DNA from: Candidatus Uhrbacteria bacterium RIFOXYC2_FULL_47_19
Lineage (GTDB): Bacteria; Patescibacteriota; Patescibacteriia; SG8-24
Length of the DNA: 64,000 nt
NCBI GenBank assembly: GCA_001791745.1
Contig: MGFG01000010.1
Coordinates: 3,351-67,350, forward strand
Reading direction: 5' to 3'
The notes under the pieces: model-generated
What the model saw: only the letters and a program-made list of their open reading frames with translations
Told to the model about the DNA's origin: nothing
The model's database searches: none
Translations under genes and position numbers: made by a program
Part shown: in pieces, positions 27,365 through 38,146 of the stretch
Position numbering within the stretch: position 1 is the stretch's first letter
Layout of the letters: the number at the start of each line of letters is the position of its first letter

Positions 27365-27800
27365 TTTGCGTTTATTCAATCTATGTCATCCCGGAACCGC
27401 ACTCCTTCTCAATTTGTCATCCCTGAACCGCACTCCTTCTCAATTTGTCATCCCGGAAGACCGAGCGAAGCGAGGTCTATCCGGGATCCAGAAGCAGGCC
27501 AGTCTTTACCTGGATCCCGGGTCTCCGCCCGGGACGACAGGGAGAAGGAAGGCTAACTCACAAAAAGCACTTGTCGTACCTCATTCAATTCATGTCATTC
27601 CGAAACCGCACTCCTTCTCTAATATGTCATCCCGGAAGACCGAGCGAGGCGAGGTCTATCCGGGATCCAGAAGCAGACTGGTCTTTACCTGGGTCCCGGG
27701 TCTCCGCCCGGGACGACAAGAGAGGGTTGGATCCCGACTCAGAAGCCGGGACGACAAGAGAGGGTTGGATCCCGACTCAGAAGCCGGGACGGCAAGAAAA
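27365..27800. repeat. MITE-like repeat cluster: tandem duplication of a ~175-bp unit with TGTCATCCCGG / CCGGGACGACA termini
   Basis: Units ~27400-27545 and ~27590-27725 each contain TGTCATCCCGGAAGACCGAGCGA(A/G)GCGAGGTCTATCCGGGATCCAG...TGG(A/G)TCCCGGGTCTCCGCCCGGGACGACA. A 31-bp unit (gggacgacaagagagggttggatcccgactcagaagcc) repeats at 27730-27790. Confidence 0.85.
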
Positions 27801-27813
27801 ATTTGAATCCCAA

Positions 27814-30309
27814 TCAAATCTTTTCACTCTTACGTTTAACAAACATCTTCTTATTTCCCCTCTCCCGCTTCAACCGTTCCTCAAACTTTCGCAATCGCAT
27901 CGACGTCTTGAGTACTGTGTCCGGATTGAGTGAAATACTGTCGATTCCTTCTCGCACCAAAAACTCGGCAAACTCTGGATAGTCTGATGGAGCCTGACCG
28001 CAAATGCCAATCTTGACACTCTTCTGCTTAGCAGTCCGGATCACCGAACGAATCGACTCTAGTACAGCCGAATTGCGTTCATTGTATAGATGACTAACTA
28101 ACTCCGAATCACGATCCACTCCCAAGGTTAGCTGAGTCAAATCGTTTGAGCCGATACTAAACCCATCAAATACTTCAGCAAACTTATCGGCCAAAATAAT
28201 ATTTGATGGTATCTCGATCATGACAAAAACCCGTAATCCATTTTTACCACGCCGCAATCCAGCTTTGGCCATAGTCTTAAGGACCTGCTTACCCTCCTCC
28301 GGCGTCCGACAAAAAGGAATCATTATCACCACATTCGTAAGTCCCATAACCTCCCGAACTCGTCGAAAAGCCTCGCATTCGAGTAGGAAGGCTGGCTCGT
28401 ACTTCGGATCGTAGTAACGGGATGCACCACGCCAACCGATCATCGGATTAGACTCTTCTGGTTCGAAGGTCCGTCCACCGATCAACCCAGCATACTCGTT
28501 AGACTTGAAATCCGAAGATCGGACAATTACATCATTAGGCCAAAACGCCGCCGCTAGTCGACCAATACCCTCAGCTAACCGACTAATGAAAAATTCCTCG
28601 CGACCGTCATAAGCCAGAGTCAACTCATCAACAGCCCGACGATCCTTAGTCCCTAGTCGGTCATAATGGAGCAGAGCCAACGGATGAGCCTTGATGAAGT
28701 TGGTGAAAATGAATTCGGTCCGAGCTAGACCAACGCCGGCATTCGGAATGAAAGAAAACTCGAAGGCTAAGTCCGGTTCGCCGACGTTCATCATGACCTG
28801 TGTTTGTGGTTTCTTGAAACCACGCAGTTTAGTTCGCTTTACTTCGAATGGCAGCAAGCCGGCGTAGATCCGCCCATCCTCACCCTCAGCACAAGAAACC
28901 GTCACTTCCTGACCGTTCTTCAGCGTCGAAGTAGCACCGCTCACACCGACCACCGCCGGCGTTCCCAACTCTCTAGAAACGATCGCTGCATGGCAAGTTC
29001 GACCACCACTCTCAGTGATGATCGCCGATGCCCTCTTCATAATCGGCACCCAATCCGGATCGGTCATCTCGGTCACCAGCACCTCGCCAGTCTGAAACTT
29101 CGACATATCGCTGGCACTCCTAACAATCCTAACCTTGCCTTGTCCGATCCTGAAACCGACCGACAATCCACTGGCTAAGACTTGTCCAGATTCTTTGAGC
29201 CGGTACTCCTCCAGGGTGTTGGGATCGCGCTCGGACTGCACTGTCTCTGGCCTGGCCTGCACAATGTACAACTCTCCAGTCTGACCATCCTTGGCCCACT
29301 CGATATCCATCGGTTGGTCATGTCCGACCAGACGTGAATAATACTGTTCGATCGTCACTCCCCATTTGGCCAATTGCAAAACTTCATCGTCGGTCAAACA
29401 GAACAATCGCCGCTTCTTAACTGGAACCGAAACTTCCCGCACTGGTGAATCACTCTTGGTCGCATACTCGATCCTGGTTTCCTTGTCACCAATATCTTTG
29501 CCAACAATTGGTCGCTTGCCTTCTAAAAGCGGCGGTTTAAAAACAAAGTATTGGTCGGGATTAATCTTACCCTGCACCACACTCTCACCTAATCCGTAAG
29601 CAGCATTAATCAATACCACATCACGAAAACCACTCTCAGTATCGACGGTAAACATTACGCCAGCCGAAGCCAAATCAGAACGAATCATCTTCTGCACACC
29701 AACCGATAACGCAACTTTGAGGTGATCAAAACCCTTCTCTTGTCGATAAGCAATAGCCCGATTAGTAAACAACGAGGCAAAACAACGACGTATTGCATCA
29801 ATAAGTGCCGTCTCACCATGCACGTTCAAGAAAGTCTCCTGCTGTCCGGCAAAAGATGCTCCAGGTAAATCTTCGGCTGTGGCTGACGAACGAACTGCTA
29901 CATCGCAATTGTCCATACCATACTTGGTCGACAATTTACGATAAGCAGACAAAATATATTTAGTTAAGTCAGCTGGTACTTCAGCCTGTAAAACCATCTT
30001 ACGTACCAGCTCCCCACGCTTGGCTAATTCTTTCACATCGGTCGCATCTAGACCCTTCAGTGCAACAGCAATTTTGTCGCGCAGACCAGCTCCGTCAATA
30101 AAATGCCAGTAAGCATCGGAACCCACAGCAAAACCGTCCGGTACCCTAACCCCGCGCCGAGACAAATGACGAAACATCTCCCCTAGAGAAGCATTCTTAC
30201 CACCAACTAATCCCACGTCACCCATATCCAGTTTGCCGAACGGATACACGAACCGACCTAACGATCGTTGCCTCTTCCCTCGATTACGTCCCCTCTCTTT
30301 TTTTGTCAT
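27814..30309 (-). CDS. ppsA: phosphoenolpyruvate synthase (pyruvate, water dikinase)
   Basis: N-terminal ATP-grasp region GKLDMGDVGLVGGKNASLGEM. The phospho-His mobile domain reads GGRTCHAAIVSRELGTPAVVG. It has a C-terminal PEP-utilising TIM barrel. 831 aa. Confidence 0.85.
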   Translation of the reverse strand: MTKKERGRNRGKRQRSLGRFVYPFGKLDMGDVGLVGGKNASLGEMFRHLSRRGVRVPDGFAVGSDAYWHFIDGAGLRDKIAVALKGLDATDVKELAKRGELVRKMVLQAEVPADLTKYILSAYRKLSTKYGMDNCDVAVRSSATAEDLPGASFAGQQETFLNVHGETALIDAIRRCFASLFTNRAIAYRQEKGFDHLKVALSVGVQKMIRSDLASAGVMFTVDTESGFRDVVLINAAYGLGESVVQGKINPDQYFVFKPPLLEGKRPIVGKDIGDKETRIEYATKSDSPVREVSVPVKKRRLFCLTDDEVLQLAKWGVTIEQYYSRLVGHDQPMDIEWAKDGQTGELYIVQARPETVQSERDPNTLEEYRLKESGQVLASGLSVGFRIGQGKVRIVRSASDMSKFQTGEVLVTEMTDPDWVPIMKRASAIITESGGRTCHAAIVSRELGTPAVVGVSGATSTLKNGQEVTVSCAEGEDGRIYAGLLPFEVKRTKLRGFKKPQTQVMMNVGEPDLAFEFSFIPNAGVGLARTEFIFTNFIKAHPLALLHYDRLGTKDRRAVDELTLAYDGREEFFISRLAEGIGRLAAAFWPNDVIVRSSDFKSNEYAGLIGGRTFEPEESNPMIGWRGASRYYDPKYEPAFLLECEAFRRVREVMGLTNVVIMIPFCRTPEEGKQVLKTMAKAGLRRGKNGLRVFVMIEIPSNIILADKFAEVFDGFSIGSNDLTQLTLGVDRDSELVSHLYNERNSAVLESIRSVIRTAKQKSVKIGICGQAPSDYPEFAEFLVREGIDSISLNPDTVLKTSMRLRKFEERLKRERGNKKMFVKRKSEKI

Positions 30310-31748
30310 ACAGTTCTAATCTCGACCAAATTAATGTTCCCCGAAACACCGACCGGCTCGCCAGCTACAACAATAATCTTATCGCCGGTTCGGACCATCT
30401 TCTCCTTTTTCAAATATCCGAGAGAACGATCTACCAGCTCCTCAACTGTACTGCAATGTGGTAATAGAAATGGTCTTACTCCCCAAGATAGATTCATTTG
30501 GTTTCTAACTCGATCGTTTGGAACAGCTACAACGATCGGCATCTCTGGCCGATAACGACTAACAATACGTCCGGTTTCACCAGACAACGAGGCAGCCAAA
30601 ATCAATTTGGCTTCTATATTCCTAGCCAACATATTAGCCACTTCAGATACAGCTTGATCTGTATCCTGATGCGGAAACGGCCGACCAATTTCTATGTCGT
30701 CGTAATCCGACTTCTCGGTCTCGCAAATAATTCTGGACATCGTCTCTACAGACTCCAATGGATACTTACCACTAGCTGATTCACCGGACAACATAACCGC
30801 ATCAGTGTGATCAATGACCGCATTAGCTACATCCGACACCTCAGCCCGCGTTGGACGAGGATTCCTAATCATCGAATCAAGCATTTGGGTCGCAACAATA
30901 ACCGGCTTAGCGGCTTCCAAACACAAATCAATAATCCTCTTTTGAATGAGTGGCACCTCCTCCGCCGGCATTTCGATACCTAAATCACCACGCGCAATCA
31001 TAATCCCATCCGCCGCCTCAATAATCTCGGCGATGTTTTTAATGGCTTCGTGTTTTTCAATCTTAGCGATAATCCGAACTGACGGATCTGCACTTGAGGC
31101 CTTACCGTTCTTCCGCTCCAATTCCTTAATCATGTAACGAAGGTCGTAAATCTCTTTGGCATTACGCACGAACGACAACGCTACCCAATCAACCTTCTGA
31201 GTGACACCGAACACAACATCCTCACGATCCTTATCAGTAATGGCTGGTATCGATAAAGTGGCAGTCGGTAAATTAATACCCTTATGTGAAGTCAAAACTC
31301 CGCCAGTCACAACCAAACAAGCAATGTCGCGACCACTGACTCCAGTCACCTTGATATCCATCAAACCATCATCTAAAAGCAACCGATCACCAAGCTTCAC
31401 GTCACCATGCAATCCATCATAGGTCACACCAATACGATCAGCACCATGATCCGGATCGGTTGTAAGTATAATCTGCTTACCAGGCTCTAGTGTTATTCCA
31501 TCTTCAGGTAAATCACCCACTCTAACTTTGGGTCCTTGTAAATCTTGAATAATAGCAATCGGCTCTTGGGTTTCTTCGGCCATTCGACGTATGGAGCTAA
31601 TCAGATTCGCATGATCACTGTGACTCCCATGAGAAAAATTCAACCGAGCGACATTCATTCCAGCCCGGACCATTTTCGAAATCATTTCTGGATCCATCGA
31701 TGATGGACCGATAGTACAAATTATCTTAGTGTGCTTTTTCTGCCGCAT
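30306..31748 (-). CDS. pyk: pyruvate kinase
   Basis: TKIICTIGPSSMDPEMISKMVRAGMNVARLNFSHGSHSDH and the MIARGDLGIEMP motif. Start chosen at MRQKKHTKI. The stop overlaps the ppsA start. Confidence 0.9.
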   Translation of the reverse strand: MRQKKHTKIICTIGPSSMDPEMISKMVRAGMNVARLNFSHGSHSDHANLISSIRRMAEETQEPIAIIQDLQGPKVRVGDLPEDGITLEPGKQIILTTDPDHGADRIGVTYDGLHGDVKLGDRLLLDDGLMDIKVTGVSGRDIACLVVTGGVLTSHKGINLPTATLSIPAITDKDREDVVFGVTQKVDWVALSFVRNAKEIYDLRYMIKELERKNGKASSADPSVRIIAKIEKHEAIKNIAEIIEAADGIMIARGDLGIEMPAEEVPLIQKRIIDLCLEAAKPVIVATQMLDSMIRNPRPTRAEVSDVANAVIDHTDAVMLSGESASGKYPLESVETMSRIICETEKSDYDDIEIGRPFPHQDTDQAVSEVANMLARNIEAKLILAASLSGETGRIVSRYRPEMPIVVAVPNDRVRNQMNLSWGVRPFLLPHCSTVEELVDRSLGYLKKEKMVRTGDKIIVVAGEPVGVSGNINLVEIRTV

Positions 31749-31866
31749 ATTACGTAAACCGAATTCGATATTAATACTCAAAAGATAACAAAAATGAGCC
31801 CTTTGGCCCAATTATTCGACGGTTGATATGTATAAAAATGAACAGTGGGTTATTAATCTTAAAACT

Positions 31867-32355
31867 CTACTTCTGAGTTTTCGATAACTTCTTTTTTAAA
31901 CTACTTCGTTTAACTAATCTGTTTAGCTCTTCACGAAAATTTTCTACATCTTCGAACGATCTATAAACTGAGGCAAACCGGATATAAGCAACCGAATCAA
32001 ACTGACGTAAATGCTGCATGACAATCTCACCAATTTCACTACTCATCACTTCACTCCGACGCAAACGCTGGATGTCACGTTCAATCAAACCTAACAACGA
32101 ACGAAATCCATCCGTCTCGCAAGTTCGTTTCTCCAGAGCCCTCCTAAGACCCGACTCTAGTTTACCGCGTAGATAGGGTTCCTTGCGTCCGTCACTCTTT
32201 ACAACCGAAAGATCGAGTAATTCAACACCCTCAACGGTCGAAAAACGAAAGTCACATTTAACACACTCGCGTCGACGCCTCACAGATACACCATCCGAAG
32301 AAACCCGCGAGTCTATTACTCTGGTTTCGTTGTTGGAGCAAACCAGACATTTCAT
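31867..32355 (-). CDS. nrdR: transcriptional repressor NrdR
   Basis: MKCLVCSNNETRVIDSR...C..C zinc ribbon plus an ATP-cone. Confidence 0.85.
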   Translation of the reverse strand: MKCLVCSNNETRVIDSRVSSDGVSVRRRRECVKCDFRFSTVEGVELLDLSVVKSDGRKEPYLRGKLESGLRRALEKRTCETDGFRSLLGLIERDIQRLRRSEVMSSEIGEIVMQHLRQFDSVAYIRFASVYRSFEDVENFREELNRLVKRSSLKKKLSKTQK

Positions 32356-32369
32356 CTGACTAACAGCTA

Positions 32370-33647
32370 CTATGGCATCTTTCGCCTAATAAACGCTGGT
32401 ATTTCTAAATCTTCTTCTCCTTCAGTTGCATTGGCAGCCACCGGTTGACGGTCATTTTCCTCATCGTCTTCTTTAGCTTGTAACGGACGCCTAACAAAAG
32501 AACTAAGACCATCAGACGAACCTCTCAAACCGATACCATTCTCAACAGAGACTTCTGTGTCATCTTCCGAGAGATCTTCAATGATTTGATTTCTTCGAAT
32601 CGCCGACCTCTCCACAACCACCTCTCGAGATGATGTGAACTTCTCCGAAGAGAATGGGTTGGCTTCCTTACTATTCTTAGATTTATCGGAACGATCAGCA
32701 TCGAAACCAGTAGCAATCACACAAACCTTAACTTCGTCTTTCAAATTCTCATCTATGACTGCGCCGAAAATCACCTTGGCCTCTGGATCGGCACTACCAG
32801 TTATTACTCTGGAAGCTTCATCAAATTCATGCATGGATAGATCAACACCACCAGTGATAGTAAACAGAATACCTTTAGCTCCCTCAATCGACATCTCAAG
32901 TAACGGACTAGAGATGGCTTGTTTAGCCGCAGTAATAACTCGATTCTCACCAGTGGCTACACCAATACCCATCAAAGCCGAACCAGTATTTTGCATGATC
33001 GCTTTCACATCGGCAAAATCAACGTTAACTAATCCAGGAACAGTAATAATTTCTGAAATACTTTGAACACCTTGGCGCAAAATATCATCTACTGTTTCGA
33101 ATGCATTAATTAACGAGGTCTTCTTGTCGATAACCGAAAGTACTCGGTCGTTTGGTATGGCTATTATGGTGTCAACCTGAGCGGCTAGATTTTCAAAAGC
33201 TCGCTCAGAAATATTTTTTCTCTGAACACCTTCGAAAGAAAACGGTCTTGTCACCACAGCCACGGTCAGTGCACCACAGTCGCGAGCTATTTCAGCAATA
33301 GTTGGCGATGCACCACTACCAGTTCCACCACCTAAACCACAAGTTATAAAAACCATATCAGCACCATTCAACGCTTCACGAATTTCATCCTGATTCTCCT
33401 CAGCTGACTGCTTACCAATATCCGGATTCATTCCAGCGCCTAACCCACGCGTCACCGATTTACCAAGTTGTATTTTCTTAGGGGCGACGGAATTATGTAG
33501 AGCCTGAACATCAGTGTTAGCGACAATAAATTCAACACCCTTAATTTTCGACCTAATCATTCGATTGATGGCCGAACCACCCGAACCACCAACACCAATC
33601 ACCTTTATCTTGGCGAACGATTCGATTGCTGGTTTTATTTCTGCCAT
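32370..33647 (-). CDS. ftsZ: cell division protein FtsZ
   Basis: GGGTGSGA tubulin signature ([17 protein letters not shown]), plus [15 protein letters not shown]. Confidence 0.95.
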   Translation of the reverse strand: MAEIKPAIESFAKIKVIGVGGSGGSAINRMIRSKIKGVEFIVANTDVQALHNSVAPKKIQLGKSVTRGLGAGMNPDIGKQSAEENQDEIREALNGADMVFITCGLGGGTGSGASPTIAEIARDCGALTVAVVTRPFSFEGVQRKNISERAFENLAAQVDTIIAIPNDRVLSVIDKKTSLINAFETVDDILRQGVQSISEIITVPGLVNVDFADVKAIMQNTGSALMGIGVATGENRVITAAKQAISSPLLEMSIEGAKGILFTITGGVDLSMHEFDEASRVITGSADPEAKVIFGAVIDENLKDEVKVCVIATGFDADRSDKSKNSKEANPFSSEKFTSSREVVVERSAIRRNQIIEDLSEDDTEVSVENGIGLRGSSDGLSSFVRRPLQAKEDDEENDRQPVAANATEGEEDLEIPAFIRRKMP

Positions 33648-33891
33648 AGACTTGTGATTAACGGTGGTCTCGGTGCCTAAACTACGGCACCAAACAAGAC
33701 CTCCCCCTAAATCTCTAAAATATAAAGTAAGAGTATGGGAGAAACGAGTTAGTCGTCAAGCAATTTTTAACTAAAAATGAACAAAAAAGGTGTTCGTTGT
33801 CCTCAACTGGTGAACAATAATGCTTCTTTAGTAAAAAACAAAACCGATGCTTGTAGCACCAGTTCATAAAACAACCTATTAATTATCGTGC

Positions 33892-35142
33892 CTAAGAGGT
33901 CTGACCGAACAATTTCTTGATTCCCTTAGAAACCATGTCCACCGGTCGGTAACGAGCAAATAATCCACCCCGTCTGGTGTCAGGTGGTAGATCATTAATT
34001 CCCCACTGCACCAATCCAATCGCTGTTGAGAAGGATAAATCGTTAACTCGATCGGTAATACTAGTCATCCCGACCGGATACCCCAAAGATACCGGCAGGC
34101 GTAGTTTTTCCTTAGCTAGTTCAACCAACCCCGGCAACTTCGCGCCACCACCAGTCAACACAACCCCGGCTGGTAATAAACCACTTCTGTTGATGATTTT
34201 TAATTCCTTATCGATCTTCTCCAAAATTTCCTCACATCTAGCCTCGACAATCTGGGAAACATACCGCAATGAAACCTCCTCACTATCCTGAATACCCAAT
34301 TCTTTCAAGTCAATCGAATCACCTTTACCGAAACTCTTTGGTGTAGCTGATGCGTGCTGTAATTTAACCCGTTCAGCAACATCAATTGAAGTTCGTAAAC
34401 CAATAGCAATATCAGCCGTAACATGATCGGAACCCAGAGGGATCATTCCGATATGCAGCAGATCTCCGTGTTCAAAAACCGCCAGGTTTGTTGAGGCACC
34501 ACCTATATTAACAACCGCTACTCCAAGCTCCTTTTGACGAGAAGTTGCAACCACTTCAGCTGCAGCCAGGGAGCCTAATACTAACTTCTCAATATTAACA
34601 CCAGTGCGATAGACACACTTAGTCAAATTTTTAATATGCGAGGAAAGACCTTGAATGATCTGTGTACTAACCTCCAATCTAATGCCCGACATACCTACTG
34701 GATCCCTAACATCAGTCTGCCCATCGACAGCAAAAGATTTAGGAATAACGTGAATGATCTCGTAATTAACTGGAGTTGCTACGGTCTGTGCTGCATCAAC
34801 CGCTCGTTCCACATCTTCATCTCTAATCTCCCCATCTGGACGAGAGACAGCCACTACTCCCTTACTCTCCAACATACTTACATGATGACCAGAAACAGAA
34901 ATCCAAGCCGAACCAAAAGGCAAACCAGTCACTCGCTCAACTTTCTCAATGCAAGCAGAAACAGAAGATACAGCATCCTCAATTGAATTGATGATGCCGC
35001 GATTGATGCCCTCAGACACAGTTTCGGCCGCACCAATAATGTGGACCTGTCCCCGGTCAGAGTTTGGCATCTTCTGGCCGACCGCAATTCTAACTGCAGT
35101 CGAACCTATATCTATGCCTGCAAATAATGAGTCGTCCGCCAT
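33892..35142 (-). CDS. ftsA: cell division protein FtsA
   Basis: Actin-like ATPase: GIDIGSTAVRIAVGQ ... VVNIGGASTNLAVFEHGDLLH ... VVLTGGGAKLPGLVELA. Confidence 0.9.
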   Translation of the reverse strand: MADDSLFAGIDIGSTAVRIAVGQKMPNSDRGQVHIIGAAETVSEGINRGIINSIEDAVSSVSACIEKVERVTGLPFGSAWISVSGHHVSMLESKGVVAVSRPDGEIRDEDVERAVDAAQTVATPVNYEIIHVIPKSFAVDGQTDVRDPVGMSGIRLEVSTQIIQGLSSHIKNLTKCVYRTGVNIEKLVLGSLAAAEVVATSRQKELGVAVVNIGGASTNLAVFEHGDLLHIGMIPLGSDHVTADIAIGLRTSIDVAERVKLQHASATPKSFGKGDSIDLKELGIQDSEEVSLRYVSQIVEARCEEILEKIDKELKIINRSGLLPAGVVLTGGGAKLPGLVELAKEKLRLPVSLGYPVGMTSITDRVNDLSFSTAIGLVQWGINDLPPDTRRGGLFARYRPVDMVSKGIKKLFGQTS

Positions 35143-35160
35143 AATATCTAACGTAGTACC

Positions 35161-35535
35161 TTAACCGAAAAGCTCGTTCGCTAGATGTGGCCAAAGTATT
35201 AGTAAACCCACTAGGATCGCGGCTACGGAAGCTAATAGAACCGTCCCAGCCATAATATCCTTAACCTCCTGTACATGCATGTGTACCCTAGGTTTAAGCA
35301 AATCGGCCACCCGTTCAAAAATACTGTTCATCAATTCTAGCACGAGAATAAAAGCTATCGCAAGCGTCAAAATAGCTCTTTCTAAGCCACTCAGATCGAA
35401 AAAAAACATGGCTACAATCACCAAAAGACCAACCGTCATCTGCAAACGAAAATTCTGTTCCTCGTGTAGTACGCGACGTAGACCGGAAAAAGCGAATGAG
35501 AAACTTTTTTTGAGTTGTCTTGAACTGAATCTCAT
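35161..35535 (-). CDS. dgkA: diacylglycerol kinase / undecaprenol kinase family (DgkA)
   Basis: A ~120-aa 3-TM protein with the ELMNSIFERV motif (ELxNSAIE). Confidence 0.75.
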   Translation of the reverse strand: MRFSSRQLKKSFSFAFSGLRRVLHEEQNFRLQMTVGLLVIVAMFFFDLSGLERAILTLAIAFILVLELMNSIFERVADLLKPRVHMHVQEVKDIMAGTVLLASVAAILVGLLILWPHLANELFG

Positions 35536-35999
35536 GGATGAAAAATAATTCTTTGTGACATTAAAATCTTGTGCTGCAGGCTGAACATCTCATCTTCCTG
35601 CCGCTTCATGACATGATCGTAATCCATTAGGTGTAGGACACCATGAACCACCATAATTAAAAATTCATCCGCAATCGTTCGACCAATCTCTTTAGCCTGC
35701 CGACTTACCTGTGGTCCAGAAATGACTATCTCACCCAAGAGCCTACGACTAGTATCATTATCTGTCTCTGGCCAATTATCCTCTCCAGTACCATAAGTGA
35801 AAGATAATACGTCAGTTGTTTTCTTAACACCACGATGTCTTAAATTTAACCCCTTCATGATTTGATCGTCGACAATCGAAAACGATACATGAACATTTCC
35901 AAAACCACCTGCTTGCTTGAAGGTTGCAGCAGCTAATTTTCGTATCAAATCGGCAGTAACCCCCCGCGGCGGTCGCCCAAATAGATCTATGGTCAACAT
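35532..35999 (-). CDS. ybeY: rRNA maturation endoribonuclease YbeY
   Basis: H-x-x-x-H-x5-H zinc motif VVHGVLHLMDYDH. Confidence 0.85.
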   Translation of the reverse strand: MLTIDLFGRPPRGVTADLIRKLAAATFKQAGGFGNVHVSFSIVDDQIMKGLNLRHRGVKKTTDVLSFTYGTGEDNWPETDNDTSRRLLGEIVISGPQVSRQAKEIGRTIADEFLIMVVHGVLHLMDYDHVMKRQEDEMFSLQHKILMSQRIIFHP

Positions 36000-36069
36000 A
36001 TAGCACCAGCTTACTCCCCGCCCGCGTACCTATCCAGCCACAAACAAAAAATTAGAATTAATCCTAATC

Positions 36070-37332
36070 TCAATCTGAAGACCCTGAAACGGGAAATGAT
36101 GGACCTGTTTCTGGCACGGTTTCAATTGATGGACGTGGTTTAGTAATGAAGGTTAGACTGTTAGCCATCACAGACAACGTCACTCGATAGCGTACCTCAA
36201 GCTGTCCCTCTAGCTCGTAACGCAGTAAGGCAACATTCATACCATCAGATATCAACACTGTTCGACGATCCGACATGGTCACCTGCTCATAACCGTGACG
36301 ATTAATCGATCGTCCAGCCTGACCAACCGCCGATACCCCACCAACTGGAGCTGATCGAAGCCAATCATCCAGTGTTGTTTCCGATTGCTTGGTGAACAAA
36401 GTTATCTTAAACGTCTCACCAGTTGATGAAGAAAAGCGTACTGACTGTTCGGCTGGTAAATCGCTCTTACCCCAGGCTGTGGGGTAAAAAATTTCAATTC
36501 CGTAATCCACGTTTCGATAGGTAGAAATTCCTGGATTGTCACCCAAACGAGCTGGTTCCTTTTTGGCTGGATCAAATAGGTTAAGCACCTCATTTAAATC
36601 AACAAAACTATCACCATCACTATTGGAAATATTTGGATCGCTACCATAAATAATGGTCTCTTCGGCATCGGTCAATCCATCACTGTCGGTATCGACAGAC
36701 GGTACTGGCTCAGGAGGTCGGCAATCACTACGACAAGAATCATAGCTCTCACCTCGGTCAATCTCACATTTACCGTCGCCACACTCTACCGCCGGTTGAC
36801 AGTCAGATGGGCAAGACTCAGTGGTCTCATCTCCATTACACTGTTTATCTCCACAAATAGCATCGGGTTGTCGACAATCTGATGGACAAGAAAGATAGCT
36901 CTCTGAACTTTCACAGCTACCATCACCACAAACTGGTGAAGGTGGTTCGCAATCGTTCGGACAAGCCGCGAAACTCTCACCTGACTCACAAAGATTATTC
37001 CCACAGACTGACTTTGGACTAGAAAAAAACAAGAAATAAACTGCCACTCCTAGAGCAATAACCAAAATCGCAACCATGGCGATGATCGCTATAGTGAAAT
37101 TTCCACTTGTCTTGTTGGCTGTTTTCTCAGTTGATGTGTCTGTAGTCGTCGAAATTGCAGGTACTGGTGAGCTAACTGCCTCCAATCGTGGTTTAGCAGC
37201 AGCTCCATAGAATTCCTCTGGCATGACAAAAATCTCCGGCTCTTCAGTGCTAGGTGTTGAAACAGGTGTAGTACCAGAAGGCCTATCTAATCCGGCTAAA
37301 TTTTTTTGTTCATCAGCCATAGGACCTCTCAA
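36070..37332 (-). CDS. bitopic membrane protein with tandem C-G-D-G-x-C-E...C-P-x-D-C cysteine modules and D-x-D-x-D-G Ca-binding-like repeats (hypothetical)
   Basis: TM (FTIAIIAMVAILVIALGVAVYFLFF). Four or more Cys modules (CGNNLCESGESFAACPNDC, CGDGSCESSESYLSCPSDC...). DTDSDGLTDAEE. Confidence 0.5.
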   Translation of the reverse strand: MRGPMADEQKNLAGLDRPSGTTPVSTPSTEEPEIFVMPEEFYGAAAKPRLEAVSSPVPAISTTTDTSTEKTANKTSGNFTIAIIAMVAILVIALGVAVYFLFFSSPKSVCGNNLCESGESFAACPNDCEPPSPVCGDGSCESSESYLSCPSDCRQPDAICGDKQCNGDETTESCPSDCQPAVECGDGKCEIDRGESYDSCRSDCRPPEPVPSVDTDSDGLTDAEETIIYGSDPNISNSDGDSFVDLNEVLNLFDPAKKEPARLGDNPGISTYRNVDYGIEIFYPTAWGKSDLPAEQSVRFSSSTGETFKITLFTKQSETTLDDWLRSAPVGGVSAVGQAGRSINRHGYEQVTMSDRRTVLISDGMNVALLRYELEGQLEVRYRVTLSVMANSLTFITKPRPSIETVPETGPSFPVSGSSD

Positions 37333-37343
37333 ATAATCCTTAA

Positions 37344-38111
37344 CTACTGAGGCAAATTAAACAGTTTCCCAGGACCGTTAGGATCGTAACCGGCTCGTAC
37401 TTCTTCGCCATCAATGTAACTGTCACCATCAGAATCCGGATTGGTCGGATCGGTTGAGTACTGTCGTAGTTCTTCTCGATCAGTCAGTCCATCAGCGTCA
37501 GTATCGGCTATTTGTGGATTAGTGCCGAGGGTAGCTTCTTCTATATCACTCAAACCATCACCATCCGTGTCGATCGGCTGATTCGCTGGCTCTGGCGGCA
37601 TGACCGGTTCATTGGGTGTAGCCTGACAATCAGAGGGACAATCCAGACTACCTTCATCGGCCTGACAAATACCATCGCCACAAGCAGATGGAATCAACGG
37701 ACAATCAGTTGGACAAGAAAACTTATCTTCGTCTAAATCACAAGTTCCATTACCACAAAGTGACCGATTCTCCGGTTCTGGAATCTGAACGTCAATCGCT
37801 GAGTTGGAATCATTCAAATTAGGGTCAGCCAGCTCATTCCCGACTGGAACCGCTCCATCACCTCTCAGAATGAAATACCAAACTGCACCACCGACCGCAC
37901 CAATCAACAATAAAAAGATAACGACAAAAAGAATCTTTGATGGACCTCTTGATGCCGCGGCATCGATCTGCGGAATTATACCCGACACTGGTGTCGGTGA
38001 AGTCCCGGCTGGTAGTGGGGATCCACTCACGACTGGCGGAACCATTCCGCCTTCCTTGGCTGGTTCTACTTCCGAAAAAATGTCGACTGGTTCGTTTTGT
38101 TCTTCGAACAT
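37344..38111 (-). CDS. paralogous bitopic Cys-module / Ca-binding-repeat membrane protein
   Basis: TM ([23 protein letters not shown]). [19 protein letters not shown] and [19 protein letters not shown] modules. [12 protein letters not shown] / [12 protein letters not shown] / [12 protein letters not shown]. Confidence 0.5.
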   Translation of the reverse strand: MFEEQNEPVDIFSEVEPAKEGGMVPPVVSGSPLPAGTSPTPVSGIIPQIDAAASRGPSKILFVVIFLLLIGAVGGAVWYFILRGDGAVPVGNELADPNLNDSNSAIDVQIPEPENRSLCGNGTCDLDEDKFSCPTDCPLIPSACGDGICQADEGSLDCPSDCQATPNEPVMPPEPANQPIDTDGDGLSDIEEATLGTNPQIADTDADGLTDREELRQYSTDPTNPDSDGDSYIDGEEVRAGYDPNGPGKLFNLPQ

Positions 38112-38146
38112 ATGAATACGTTTTTGATTACCCTGCGGTAGGAAGA

